Notes: a model not told the origin generated them from the letters alone. A DNA stretch of 51,203 bases from Candidatus Micrarchaeota archaeon (GCA_013425455.1 JACCLI010000077.1:1-51203); one strand, 5' to 3'; positions 23,686 through 33,758 are shown, counted from the first letter of the stretch. Made by a program: numbers and translations.

Positions 23686-26600
23686 ATGGGAAATGCTGGT
23701 AGAACGTGTGCAGTGACACTCTTATCCCTACTTCTCCTCATGCCCCTCGCGTTCTCCCTGTCCGCGACCGCCTGCGCCTCTTGCGGCCTGACCGAGATAT
23801 ATGCCGGCTTCACTCCTGAGGACGCCAGCATGAATGTCGTGCTCACCTCTGACTCCGTGGATTACAGCCAGGTGCGCGACCCTGAGCAGCTGCGCCAGCA
23901 GTACCTGGAGTTCCTTGAAGAAAATTACAACATAGATATCCCCTCCTCCGAGCGGACCGTAACGATCGGGCCGGTCCCAGACGCCAGCATATTCTTCTAC
24001 TACGAAACCTACTCCGTGGACTCAGCCACAGGCAAGCTTGTCTCCACCCGGGCCCAGCTCGAATGCGGCGGAGTCGCCGGCCCGGTCAAGACCGACTCCA
24101 ACGGGGTCGCGAAATGCAAGCTTGATCCCTCCATTTTCACCGGCAAGTGCACCCGCGTCTACATACAGTTCCAGGGCACGCCTTCCCTCAATCCCGCCAC
24201 TTCTTCGGTGCAGGTATGCGATTCCGAGAGCGACGCCTTCTCAGCCATGGCGTCCGCGCTTTCCGGCATAAGCCAGGCCTCCGTGGGCCAGCCGCTCTGC
24301 ATAGTCGCCTTCCTCATACTGGGCCTGTTCATCGCCTCCATGTTCTTCAGCGGCAGGAGCCCGCTCGCCCTCCTGGACATAACCACCCCCCTCCTGCCCA
24401 AGCCGAAGGCCATCTCGTACAGCGGAATGTCCTTCGGGACCGGATATATTCGGATGAGGCGGGAATTGGCGAGCAGGATAAACATATCCTCTAGCATACT
24501 CAAGAGCCAGGCCGCCTTCCTCAAGGCAGACCTGCTCCGCAAGGGCACTAGCCTCAGGGACATAAACGAGATACTCACGCTTGCCAAGGGGAGGCCCCAC
24601 ATAGCCTACCTGGCGCTCCGCGCTTTGAAGGAGGGGAAGACCATGCAGGAGGCTAAGGCGATCGCCGGCCTAAACCCGGGCTTTGGCAAGGGCCAGAAGG
24701 AGGAGGAGTTCGCGGAGGCCCGCAAATGGATAAAACTTCTCCAGAAAGGCGAGAAGGACAAGGCCCTGGACATGCTGACGGACAGGTTCACTGCAGAGAT
24801 GCTTGACAAGGAGGTCGGGCGCATAACCGGCAACGTGCCCGGCAAGCTCGCGAACACCCTGAAGACCGTCCTTGACCACAAATACTCCCCGCTCAAGTAC
24901 ATGATGCCCGAGACCATACGCGAGCAGATAAGGGTCGGCCTGGGCTCAGCATTTTTCGGCGGCCGCAGCGTTGTAGGCGTGACTAAGGTGGCGGCGAAGG
25001 GGCTGGTCCGCGCCGGAGCCGCCGGCCTCACAGCGCTCACAGGCAAGCAGTACAACATCCTCCCATACACCGAGGAGGAGAAAAAGGCGCGCCAGTTCTT
25101 TCTCATGGACATCCGCTCACGCATAGAGCAGTTCTACAAGGTGCAGATGCAGGAGGCGAAGGCCAACGTGGCCATGTACGTCACAAAAAGGCTTCTTGAG
25201 TCCAAGGGCGTCAAGTTTGACCTGAGCGAGAAGGAGCTCCTCGGCCTCGGAAAGATAGAGATCCTTGAGAAGATGAACCTCAAGAACAACCCCAAGGCGG
25301 CCCAGCTCGCCGCGGAGATAAGCAGGATACTGCAGTCCACCGACAAAATTGATGAAAAGATAAGGCTTCTCCGGGCCCTTGCGGATTCCAGCGGCGCCAG
25401 CTATGACAAGGCCGGAGTAAACAGCTTCCTCAACAAGCTTGCGTCTATAGACTCGTCCGGCTCCTACCGCACGAAGCTCCAGAGCCTCCATGACTATCTC
25501 GAAAACAAGTACGAGGTCCACAAGCTGAACTCGGACTTCCGCGGTACCGGGGACAATTTCTACCCGTGGGTCGGGAGGCACAGCTTCCGCTATGTTGTGG
25601 AGGGCGGAACAAAATACGACGACACCTGGAAATTCATGTTCCTCAGGAGCTTTGTCGAGCAGAACGAAAAGGGCCAGAAGGGCATCTCCCTGGGCGACAC
25701 GGCGAAAGTCCTCTGGCTGCGCCTCGTGAACGAGATGTGGGGCCTCTTCCCCTCGGACATGAAGGGCCTCCCGACCGAGCAGCGCCTGATGATGAAGCAG
25801 GCCGAGGAATACCTCCTGAGCCTCCTCTCAGAAAAGGGAAAGGAGATACTGAAGAACGGACTTGTCCTCCCTTCCAAATTCGACGAGAATGGCAATATAA
25901 TCCAGGAAGGCAAGCCAATAAAGATGACCAGCCCGCTCGAGCTCCTCTACAACCCGACAATCGCAAAATCCGGCCTTTTTGTGGGCCAGGAGCTGGCCCG
26001 CGAGATGGGCGCGGACGCCGCCCACTGGAATGTGGACATGCGCGGCTACTGGCGCACCCTGGTCCCGGGCTCCTCCGTCCTTGATTTCGACAACATAGGA
26101 AAGACATCCGTGATGGAGCAGGCATTCGGCGCCGCCTACCGCTCCCACATCGGGCGCAACGTAAGCCCCGAGGTCTTCATGAAGGAGCAGGCGCGGGAAA
26201 TGTTCTACAACCGCATCGTGAGCATGATAGGCTCCAAGTATCCGGACGCCTACCAAACCGGCAGGCAGGAATTCCGCTTCCTGGCCTCCACCTACGGCGC
26301 GTTCAAGGAAAGGTACGCGGAGATATTCGGCCTCACCCCGGAGCGGAAGAAGGACGCCAGCTGGGTGACGGACGACATGGTCGCGGAAATGGTCAAGAAG
26401 GGCGTCAACATAAACGATCTCCACAAATTCGTGTGGATACGCACCAGGGAGGGCAACTACGTCCCGTTCACCGAGGGAAGGGAAGGCTTCGGCATGAGGG
26501 TGAGCGACGGCGAGAGGATAATCAACGGCAAGTTCGTGTACAACGCCGGCAGCCACTGGGAGAGCTTCAACAGCACAAAGCTCCGTGAGAAATACGGAAG

Positions 26601-28587
26601 GCTCCTGGACCTTCCAGCAGAGAAGGGCGGCTTGCTTTCCGCCTCCCTGTTCAAGGAAATGAAGGAAATTGACAACCTTGTGAGGGCCTCCCAGCAGTCC
26701 ACGGAGGGGATGTTCAAGAAGAGGGAGCTCGACCCGAAGCTCAAGGAGCGCATGGTGAATTTTTCTAACGACGTGATAACCTGGGGCGGAAAGACCAGGA
26801 GGGACGCCGCCGCATACATCGTCTTCGACCTTTGCAAGAGGGTGAACGACTTCTCCATAGTGGAAAACAGCAAGTTCCTCTCCATACAGGCAACCAAGGA
26901 CGTCGGGTCAGTCGGCTTCAGGAAATTCCAGGAAAAGGTCTGGCTTCCGTTCGCAAAGGGCGCGGAGTCCCTCATGATATCCTCCTTCCTTCCCCAGCTC
27001 AACGAGCTCCAAAACGTGACGATGCTCTCGGAGCACCTGCGCGCCCGCACCGCTGAATACTCGGCGCGCTATGCAATGAGCCTCGCGGACCCGACATACC
27101 CGGACAAGTCCATCAACAGGGAGCTCCACAGCCAGATGATTGATCTCATGGACTCGATGAACCGCTACCGCTCGGTATGGGACAGCACAATCACCAGGGA
27201 CCCGCGCGGCAACTCATCCTCGTTCGGCCCCCAGCTCAATTTCGCTTCGTTCTACCACCACGGCCCCGCGCGCCCCTTCGCCCCGGTCACAACCCTCGGC
27301 GAGTTCAGCGGGCGCACCCTCAGGCAGTCCCTTGAGTCCCTCCGCATGATGCCGCTGACCATCAACTGGCTAATCGGGGAGCCGTTCGCCCTCATGGTGA
27401 GGGGTGCGATGACTTCCATGTACGGCTACCCAGGCAAGCACGACAAGACCTACCACCCGCTCCATCCCTACGCGATGACATCCGGCAGGCCCACGGACGC
27501 ACTCCGCTCTCTCTTCGACCCGTTCCATGCTGCCCTTGATTTCTCGTCCGGCACGTTCAGGAAGACTGCCGCCATGGGCCTTTCCATGTTCCACACGGCG
27601 GCAAGCCCGCTCACCCACTCCCTCGACTATGTTTCCGGAAAGATGGGCGAGTCCAGCATCCCGGGCATGGGGATGGCCTCAAGGGCCCTGGGCTGGGTCT
27701 CCGATGTCTTCAAGCCGGAAACCACGATGCATGCCAACCCGGAATTCTACCTCCCCAGCTACATCCAGAAGAGCAGGGTGCGCGAGCTGCTCGGCGGCGA
27801 CATGACCATGCGGGAGTACGGGGGGAAGGCGATGGCGGACGGCATAGTCAGGACGCACGAGGACCACACCTGGATGTACAAGAACATAAACGTCATCTGG
27901 AACGTCAACACCAACCCGGGGATATCATACATTGATTTCTACTACAACATGCATGCTGACCCGCGCCTCGCGTCCCACCTCGTGTCCGGCTCCCGCTACT
28001 CCTCCTTCTTCTCCCAGGACAACTACCTGCAGCAGCAGGCCAACCTTGGGATAGTGAAGAGGGATGTCTCGGCGTACGAGCTCGCGGAAGTGAGGGAGAG
28101 CGAGATGCGCCAATACATGAGCCCAAGGGAGAACCGCATGTGGGGCCTGCTCAACCCTATCTCCTTCCTGTACAACAACCCTATATTCCCGCTCTCCATC
28201 GCCTCATGGGACTTCATTACCCACCGTTCCTGGGAGAAGTTCAAGGACATCAAATCCTCCTGGTCCAAGAGGAGTGAGTACGCCCAGACCGGGGGCAGCC
28301 AGCAGTTCATGTCAGGAGTGCCCATCGGCCCGCTCTCGCAGACAAACTACGAGACGTTCCAGAGCCGCGAGATCCACCCCAGCGAGATAGAGAACGTGGC
28401 CGAGCGCTGGATAAGGAAGACCGGCCATTTCTTCTCCTCGGCGTTCACCTACAATACATATGCATACTGCCAGGTCTGCGGCTCCCCAATGCCAAGGGGC
28501 GGCACCTGCGGCGTCTGCTCGGGCAAATCCATTTTATTGCTTTGGAGCAAAAGGAAGTGGGCAAGGCCTCCGGGTGCTTCACCATGA
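23686..28587 (+). CDS. Giant (1633 aa) membrane-anchored protein: signal peptide, ~165-aa Cys-containing ectodomain, one TM helix, ~1400-aa uncharacterised region, C-terminal zinc ribbon
   Basis: Single ORF. N-terminus MGNAGRTCAVTLLSLLLLMPLAFSLSATA. TM helix QPLCIVAFLILGLFIASMFFSG. C-terminus YCQVCGSPMPRGGTCGVCSG (CxxC-x8-CxxC). No other domain recognised by eye. Confidence 0.8.
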   Translation: MGNAGRTCAVTLLSLLLLMPLAFSLSATACASCGLTEIYAGFTPEDASMNVVLTSDSVDYSQVRDPEQLRQQYLEFLEENYNIDIPSSERTVTIGPVPDASIFFYYETYSVDSATGKLVSTRAQLECGGVAGPVKTDSNGVAKCKLDPSIFTGKCTRVYIQFQGTPSLNPATSSVQVCDSESDAFSAMASALSGISQASVGQPLCIVAFLILGLFIASMFFSGRSPLALLDITTPLLPKPKAISYSGMSFGTGYIRMRRELASRINISSSILKSQAAFLKADLLRKGTSLRDINEILTLAKGRPHIAYLALRALKEGKTMQEAKAIAGLNPGFGKGQKEEEFAEARKWIKLLQKGEKDKALDMLTDRFTAEMLDKEVGRITGNVPGKLANTLKTVLDHKYSPLKYMMPETIREQIRVGLGSAFFGGRSVVGVTKVAAKGLVRAGAAGLTALTGKQYNILPYTEEEKKARQFFLMDIRSRIEQFYKVQMQEAKANVAMYVTKRLLESKGVKFDLSEKELLGLGKIEILEKMNLKNNPKAAQLAAEISRILQSTDKIDEKIRLLRALADSSGASYDKAGVNSFLNKLASIDSSGSYRTKLQSLHDYLENKYEVHKLNSDFRGTGDNFYPWVGRHSFRYVVEGGTKYDDTWKFMFLRSFVEQNEKGQKGISLGDTAKVLWLRLVNEMWGLFPSDMKGLPTEQRLMMKQAEEYLLSLLSEKGKEILKNGLVLPSKFDENGNIIQEGKPIKMTSPLELLYNPTIAKSGLFVGQELAREMGADAAHWNVDMRGYWRTLVPGSSVLDFDNIGKTSVMEQAFGAAYRSHIGRNVSPEVFMKEQAREMFYNRIVSMIGSKYPDAYQTGRQEFRFLASTYGAFKERYAEIFGLTPERKKDASWVTDDMVAEMVKKGVNINDLHKFVWIRTREGNYVPFTEGREGFGMRVSDGERIINGKFVYNAGSHWESFNSTKLREKYGRLLDLPAEKGGLLSASLFKEMKEIDNLVRASQQSTEGMFKKRELDPKLKERMVNFSNDVITWGGKTRRDAAAYIVFDLCKRVNDFSIVENSKFLSIQATKDVGSVGFRKFQEKVWLPFAKGAESLMISSFLPQLNELQNVTMLSEHLRARTAEYSARYAMSLADPTYPDKSINRELHSQMIDLMDSMNRYRSVWDSTITRDPRGNSSSFGPQLNFASFYHHGPARPFAPVTTLGEFSGRTLRQSLESLRMMPLTINWLIGEPFALMVRGAMTSMYGYPGKHDKTYHPLHPYAMTSGRPTDALRSLFDPFHAALDFSSGTFRKTAAMGLSMFHTAASPLTHSLDYVSGKMGESSIPGMGMASRALGWVSDVFKPETTMHANPEFYLPSYIQKSRVRELLGGDMTMREYGGKAMADGIVRTHEDHTWMYKNINVIWNVNTNPGISYIDFYYNMHADPRLASHLVSGSRYSSFFSQDNYLQQQANLGIVKRDVSAYELAEVRESEMRQYMSPRENRMWGLLNPISFLYNNPIFPLSIASWDFITHRSWEKFKDIKSSWSKRSEYAQTGGSQQFMSGVPIGPLSQTNYETFQSREIHPSEIENVAERWIRKTGHFFSSAFTYNTYAYCQVCGSPMPRGGTCGVCSGKSILLLWSKRKWARPPGASP

Positions 28588-30914
28588 AACCAAGAATCCC
28601 ATTTTTGCTCCTGCTCCTCACGCTCCTGATGTTCGGCTGCATCGACCCGCAGTATTACGAGCGCTCAACCGCGGGCGAGGGCGCGGTGCTCGACATGTCC
28701 CTCGCGAACGCCTGCCCGACAGGGGACTGCATGTGCATGGCCTGCGACGCGCACGGGATGGCCGACCCGGTGTATGCGAAATTCTACACCTTCTCCTATT
28801 ACTACGAGGAGTGCAAGTTCACGAAATGCAACGAGACGGACTTCAACACATACATGAACGCGGAGCCCAACAATGAAAAGATGAACTTTTTCATGATAGG
28901 GCAGGGAGGCTTTGGCGAATTCAACAAGGCCAACCCCTACTGCAACAATTCCCTGCGCATGCCGGTCAAATGGCTGGACAGCCGCTATGGCGCCGGAGAA
29001 TACCCGCTCCCGGACGCCAGGCGCGCGGGCTGCTTCCTAGACAAGGGGTCCATCCCCCTCTACATCCTCTACAGCCGCGGCCAAGCGGCCAGCCCCTCCC
29101 GCGCAGAGGAGATCGCCCACCTTTTTTCCGGGACCATCCTTGGCGACATGGGCCCGATAATCATCACCGCGGAGTTTGAGTTCAACTCCTCCAACCCCGC
29201 AATCCGCGAGAACGTCTCGGCCCAGGTGAAGGCCATGAAGCGCGCCTGCCCGGACTGCCTGATAGCTCTCGCCCCGCGCATATGGGACAACTCCACTGAA
29301 TTGGAAGAGATGTTCCAGGACCAGGCATTCAACAATTCCGTGGACCTTTTCGCCTTTGGGATAAATTCCCATGACTTTAACACCTGCGACCCGACCCGCA
29401 TATATTCGGACGCGGTCCAGTATTCCGAATATCTCCTTTACAAATACAAAAAGCCGTCCGTGTGGGCGTACATCCTTTTCGACAACGACTGGAGCGCGGA
29501 CCAGAGCTGCCACTGGGACGAGTCCCTCCTTTCCAGGGCTTACACGGATTTCTACACGTACCAGCCCGCCTTCCCGTCCACCGGGGTCATCGGCGCGTCC
29601 CTCTATTCAATGTACGGAATAGGCTCCCTCAACTGCACGGACTGCGGCCTTTTCAACATCTCCGGGGACCCCATCGCCTCCAGGCAGGCCTCCTGGTTCT
29701 CCAACTGCCAGGGGCTATTCGCAACATCCAGCGTCCTTCCCATCGTTTTCAGCAACGCCCCGGGCACAACGTGCGCCTTCGGCCAGTCTGCATACAGCTA
29801 CACCGGGGATTCCAGCTTCTACACGGAGCAGCCCGTCCCCACGGAGCCTGCCGGCGCCTGGCCCCAGTTCTACAGCTGCGACTCCTGCATGGTCGAGGTC
29901 AGGCCGGCCTCGATAATGATTTCCCCGAACACGGCATTCAGCGACAGGGCATGCACAGACTTCCCTGTCCTTGACGTATACTCAGACATCCGGGACATAG
30001 ACCCCGCGTACGTGCGCGCCCTTGTCTGGTGGGAAAGCGGAGGCTTCGACGACTGCGAAGTCGGCACCTCAGGCGCACCATGCGGCCGCGTAACGCCCAT
30101 GTATGAGGTTATTGATCCCGACGGACGCTGCCCGGCATACGCGACCCCGTCCTACCAGCGCCCGTCCAAGCATGCCTGCGACATGGGGCTCATCCCGGTC
30201 TTCTCGCCCCCAGAGGACTATTGGGCCGGAATCACCTTCAAGGACTGGATGTATGCCCCGGAAGGAGAGCTTGCAATCGCAAAAGCATGCGCCGGGGATG
30301 AGAAGTTCAACCCCTTCAACGTTGAGCACAACGTCTGCCTTGGCACCTACGAGGTCGCCCAGCACATAAAAACTGCCGAAGGCATTGTCGCATCGAACGA
30401 GGGCCGCCTCGGCCTCACGGCAATAAAGAACGAATACGGCGAGGAGGAATACGAAAACGCAAAAGGCCTCGTTACCCTTTTCATCGCCCGCACGCAGTTC
30501 ATAGCCCCGGAGGTCTGGTCCACCTATGGAAACAAATGGATGAACGATTTTACCAAATATTCAAATTATGACGACCATTTCTGCAGCGGAACTTCTGACC
30601 ACCAGTGCTGCGACAGCGGCCATGTCAGGTATGACCTGAGGAACTGCTGCGGAAGCTCCGATTTCATAAGTTTCGTGACCGACGACACCTGCTGGACGCT
30701 CACGGGCACCAATGTGGAAGAAAAATACAGGGACCCGATCATGAACGCAAAGAAAATAATGGCTCTTTATCTGGGCGTGCGCGAGAAATGCGGAATCTGC
30801 GACGGAGAAAAGTGGAGGGAAAACGTTGAGGAATGGGCGTCCCGGACACCCGAGGGCCCGCGCCCGGCGGTCCCTTCCGTAACAGTTGTTCCGGCTACCT
30901 CCATAATCCCCTAA
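28584..30914 (+). CDS. Cys-rich lipoprotein-like secreted protein (776 aa) with a possible SLT/lysozyme-like domain
   Basis: ATG at 28584 overlaps the upstream stop (ATGA). MKPRIPFLLLLLTLLMFGC is a lipobox-like signal. VRALVWWESGGFDD ... ACDMGLIPV ... FNPFNVEHNVCLGTYEVAQHI resembles SLT motifs ES..F / GLMQ / NI..G..YL. The N-half shows alternating beta/alpha blocks (IPLYILYS, GPIIITAEFEFN, CLIALAPR, VDLFAFGINSH, SVWAYILFD). Confidence 0.75.
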   Translation: MKPRIPFLLLLLTLLMFGCIDPQYYERSTAGEGAVLDMSLANACPTGDCMCMACDAHGMADPVYAKFYTFSYYYEECKFTKCNETDFNTYMNAEPNNEKMNFFMIGQGGFGEFNKANPYCNNSLRMPVKWLDSRYGAGEYPLPDARRAGCFLDKGSIPLYILYSRGQAASPSRAEEIAHLFSGTILGDMGPIIITAEFEFNSSNPAIRENVSAQVKAMKRACPDCLIALAPRIWDNSTELEEMFQDQAFNNSVDLFAFGINSHDFNTCDPTRIYSDAVQYSEYLLYKYKKPSVWAYILFDNDWSADQSCHWDESLLSRAYTDFYTYQPAFPSTGVIGASLYSMYGIGSLNCTDCGLFNISGDPIASRQASWFSNCQGLFATSSVLPIVFSNAPGTTCAFGQSAYSYTGDSSFYTEQPVPTEPAGAWPQFYSCDSCMVEVRPASIMISPNTAFSDRACTDFPVLDVYSDIRDIDPAYVRALVWWESGGFDDCEVGTSGAPCGRVTPMYEVIDPDGRCPAYATPSYQRPSKHACDMGLIPVFSPPEDYWAGITFKDWMYAPEGELAIAKACAGDEKFNPFNVEHNVCLGTYEVAQHIKTAEGIVASNEGRLGLTAIKNEYGEEEYENAKGLVTLFIARTQFIAPEVWSTYGNKWMNDFTKYSNYDDHFCSGTSDHQCCDSGHVRYDLRNCCGSSDFISFVTDDTCWTLTGTNVEEKYRDPIMNAKKIMALYLGVREKCGICDGEKWRENVEEWASRTPEGPRPAVPSVTVVPATSIIP

Positions 30915-31258
30915 TGCTTGTGCCCGTTCAATCTCTTTTTCCAATAGTAGTAAGTCCTTCTGGACATCCCGAGCGCTTCCAGCCTCTCCTTCTCGCCCTT
31001 CGCCTCTTTCAGGACGCGCAGGAACTCCTTCTCGTCGAATTCCCTGGGCCTTCCTCTCTTCCCTTCCCTCACTTCCACATTGATGCTTCTCCTGAGGCTC
31101 TCCATGACCTTTTCCGGCACGGTCTTCGCAATCCCGCTGTTCATGCAGACCCTTTTCGCCTTGGTCGCATCCAGCAGGAGCGCGAACACCTTCACGCTCG
31201 GCTTGGTCTTTATGAAGAACTCCTCGCCCCTGGGGTGGGCTAGTATCGTATCCAGCAT
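30911..31258 (-). CDS. Small protein with a C-terminal Hin/resolvase-type HTH
   Basis: GRPREFDEKEFLRVLKEAKGEKERLEALGMSRRTYYYWKKRL. The start is moved to the ATG at 31258 (MLDTIL) to remove a 71-nt overlap with the upstream gene. Its stop codon overlaps the stop of the convergent 776-aa gene. Confidence 0.55.
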   Translation of the reverse strand: MLDTILAHPRGEEFFIKTKPSVKVFALLLDATKAKRVCMNSGIAKTVPEKVMESLRRSINVEVREGKRGRPREFDEKEFLRVLKEAKGEKERLEALGMSRRTYYYWKKRLNGHKH

Positions 31259-31280
31259 CTCCCTCCTGCTCCCCCTGAGC

Positions 31281-32591
31281 TCAATTTCCCTTGATTCTTC
31301 TGACAAATTCTGCACCACGTTTTCCCTCTTTGAAATTTTTGAGCACTTCAAATGCGCCGCGCGCCTTCCCCTCGTCTATCCCGATGTATCCGGAGACCCA
31401 CTTCGCATCCTTCCCGCCGCCTTCCAGCAGCACAGCCGCCCCGAGCTCCTTGCCCCCAAGTGGAACGCTTCCTTCCAGCCCGAGCTTCCTTTTGAGCATG
31501 GACCTCGCAGGCACCCCTTCTTCCTCTATGTAAGAGAACAGCATAAGGTGGTTCTCCCCCGGCGTAACCGCCAGCGAGGGATAAAGGTTCTCCTTCCTCC
31601 TTCCTTCCTCATTGTTCGTAAGGTAAAACTTGAATATCGGCGAAAGGAGCAGCAACGCCGCCCTCCTCTGCGTCTCCTCCCTTCTCTTCCTCCTCCTCGC
31701 CATAATCTCCTTCTTGATGCCCTCCTTCATCATGAACTCGCTGTCCTTCCTCGCGAGGAACCCCCTCTTCACAAGCGCGGCCTTCACCTCCGTGAAACCC
31801 TCCACCGTATCCATCCGCACGTCCGGCCTTATCCCGAAATTCTTCAATATGGAGTTGTATTCGCCCACTTCCCCCTCCGCGTTCTCCATGCCCCTGCCCA
31901 CGCTCTTCGCGGCATAATGCACTATGGAGGAAAGCAGGGAGATGCGTACTCCTTTTGAGGAAATGATAGGAACCCTCTTGAACCCGGGCCTGGTCGAAAC
32001 CACTTCCGCGCCCACCCCGAACATTTTCGAAACTTTGAGCTCCAGGTTCTCGTTGTCCGCAACCTGCACAGTCTCCGTCTCCCCGTTGAACTTAACCTTT
32101 GCGATGAAGCACCCCTTCCTCTCGCTCGCCTGCTCCACCTTGTCCGATAGTTCCCTATACGCTATAATCCCGTCATCCCCAGCGTCCATCAGCAACCTTA
32201 TATGGTTCCCGTCCAGGGGGAGGTGGTTTGCGATGTCCGAATATCCCATCTTGAGGAATCCCTTCGCGACCCGGTGCGCGTCCAGCGCGATGCTCACCCT
32301 CGCCAAACTATATTTCTTCAAATTGGCAATATACCTGAAGTAACCCATCTGCTTCTTCAGGTCCGCCCAGTCCGCCTCGCTCAGCTCGTCCGCCTCGTCC
32401 ACCGTCTTCTGCACAAGGCCCCTGAACGGGCTGTTGAACCCGGACTCGCCCATCTTTTCCTTGAGCGCCTCCAGCTCCCCCACATTCTCCTCATCATATG
32501 CGCTTATCCCTTTCAATAGTTCGTTCGCCTTCTGCACGTAAGCCATCGAGGGCAGCACTTCCAATTCCTTTTCGCTGATCACGGCAACCAC
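31281..32591 (-). CDS. Hypothetical 436-aa protein immediately downstream of top6A
   Basis: Long ORF with no motif recognised. The GTG start at 32591 overlaps the top6A stop; an alternative ATG is at 32546. Contains a basic KKEIMARRRKRREETQRR segment. Confidence 0.65.
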   Translation of the reverse strand: MVAVISEKELEVLPSMAYVQKANELLKGISAYDEENVGELEALKEKMGESGFNSPFRGLVQKTVDEADELSEADWADLKKQMGYFRYIANLKKYSLARVSIALDAHRVAKGFLKMGYSDIANHLPLDGNHIRLLMDAGDDGIIAYRELSDKVEQASERKGCFIAKVKFNGETETVQVADNENLELKVSKMFGVGAEVVSTRPGFKRVPIISSKGVRISLLSSIVHYAAKSVGRGMENAEGEVGEYNSILKNFGIRPDVRMDTVEGFTEVKAALVKRGFLARKDSEFMMKEGIKKEIMARRRKRREETQRRAALLLLSPIFKFYLTNNEEGRRKENLYPSLAVTPGENHLMLFSYIEEEGVPARSMLKRKLGLEGSVPLGGKELGAAVLLEGGGKDAKWVSGYIGIDEGKARGAFEVLKNFKEGKRGAEFVRRIKGN

Positions 32592-33685
32592 TGTTTTTTC
32601 GAAATCTTTTCCTGCACGTATTCCCCCACGAACGTCAATCTCTCGCCCTGGAGGGCGTCCTGCTCAATTTTCTTCTTGGTTTTAAGAACCTTTTGGAGCT
32701 CCACCACCCACTCCTTGTGCCTGTTTATCCACGGGTAGCCGAGCATCTCCTCCGCCCTTTTCAAATCAATCTCTTTTGCGTTAATCGTTAATTTCTTAAG
32801 GAAGTCATATTTCTCTATATCCGCCATCGTCACTCCCAAGAACCTCGACTCCGGTATTGAGAAATCCCGCCCAAGGTACGCGAGGTTCATGCTCCCTGTC
32901 TTTATGGTCCAGTAAATATACCACCCCCAGGCATCGCAGTCCGTCATCACGTAGACCGGCAGCTTCTGGTCCGCCAATTTTCGCAGCAGCCTCCTGGTCC
33001 CCCTGCTCGCCTGCCCCTTCGGCGTCACGAGCACGCAATTCTCCTTTTTCCAGAACCTGTCCTCGTTGAGCCTCTGCCAGAGCGCGTCCTTCTCCACCAC
33101 GAGCACGTAATCCGCATCCACTTCCACGAACTCCATGCCGTTGTCCACGTCGCTCGGAATCATCCACCCGCTTCTCCCCTGCTTCGCGCAATCAATAGTA
33201 GTTTCCTCGCCCGCGAAATTGTCCTTCACCACCATGGGGCCCGCGACCACCCCCTTCCTGTCCGTGGTCAGGTGCAAATCTTCCCGTTTTATCCCAAGTG
33301 AAACCTCCAAATCCTCAATCAGCACATTAGATTCGCTCTGCTCCTCAAACAAGCTCTCGTCCACATCTTCCCCCAAGCTGAATTTCAATTGATAATAAAG
33401 GCCCCTTATGCTCGTGTGCAAATTCTCGGAAATGAATTTCTTCGTCTTGTTCGCCACCGCGACCGTCTGCATAAAGGTTCTGGCCTGGCTCACATTGAGG
33501 AACGTCCTCTCCTCCTTTTTGCTCCCGAGCTGCAGGTAGCCCAGCCCTTCCTGGAACTCCACATTCCCCCTGCTTCTCAGAGGAGTCTCAAAAGTCGGCG
33601 ATTCCCCTCTCTTCACCTGGCCGAGCATGCTCTTCCCGAGCCCTTCGAGCTTCTCCATCGCCTTCTTCTCGCTCATATGAACCAA
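32579..33685 (-). CDS. top6A: DNA topoisomerase VI subunit A (Spo11-like)
   Basis: 368 aa. YYQLKFSL region and Toprim VVEKDALWQRL ... VMTDCDAWGWYI. Confidence 0.95.
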   Translation of the reverse strand: MVHMSEKKAMEKLEGLGKSMLGQVKRGESPTFETPLRSRGNVEFQEGLGYLQLGSKKEERTFLNVSQARTFMQTVAVANKTKKFISENLHTSIRGLYYQLKFSLGEDVDESLFEEQSESNVLIEDLEVSLGIKREDLHLTTDRKGVVAGPMVVKDNFAGEETTIDCAKQGRSGWMIPSDVDNGMEFVEVDADYVLVVEKDALWQRLNEDRFWKKENCVLVTPKGQASRGTRRLLRKLADQKLPVYVMTDCDAWGWYIYWTIKTGSMNLAYLGRDFSIPESRFLGVTMADIEKYDFLKKLTINAKEIDLKRAEEMLGYPWINRHKEWVVELQKVLKTKKKIEQDALQGERLTFVGEYVQEKISKKQWLP

Positions 33686-33758
33686 ACCTCCGCATATATC
33701 CGTATCGCTTCGCGATAACTAGCAGAAACTCCCGTTTCCGCTATCGCTGCGGTTTGCT

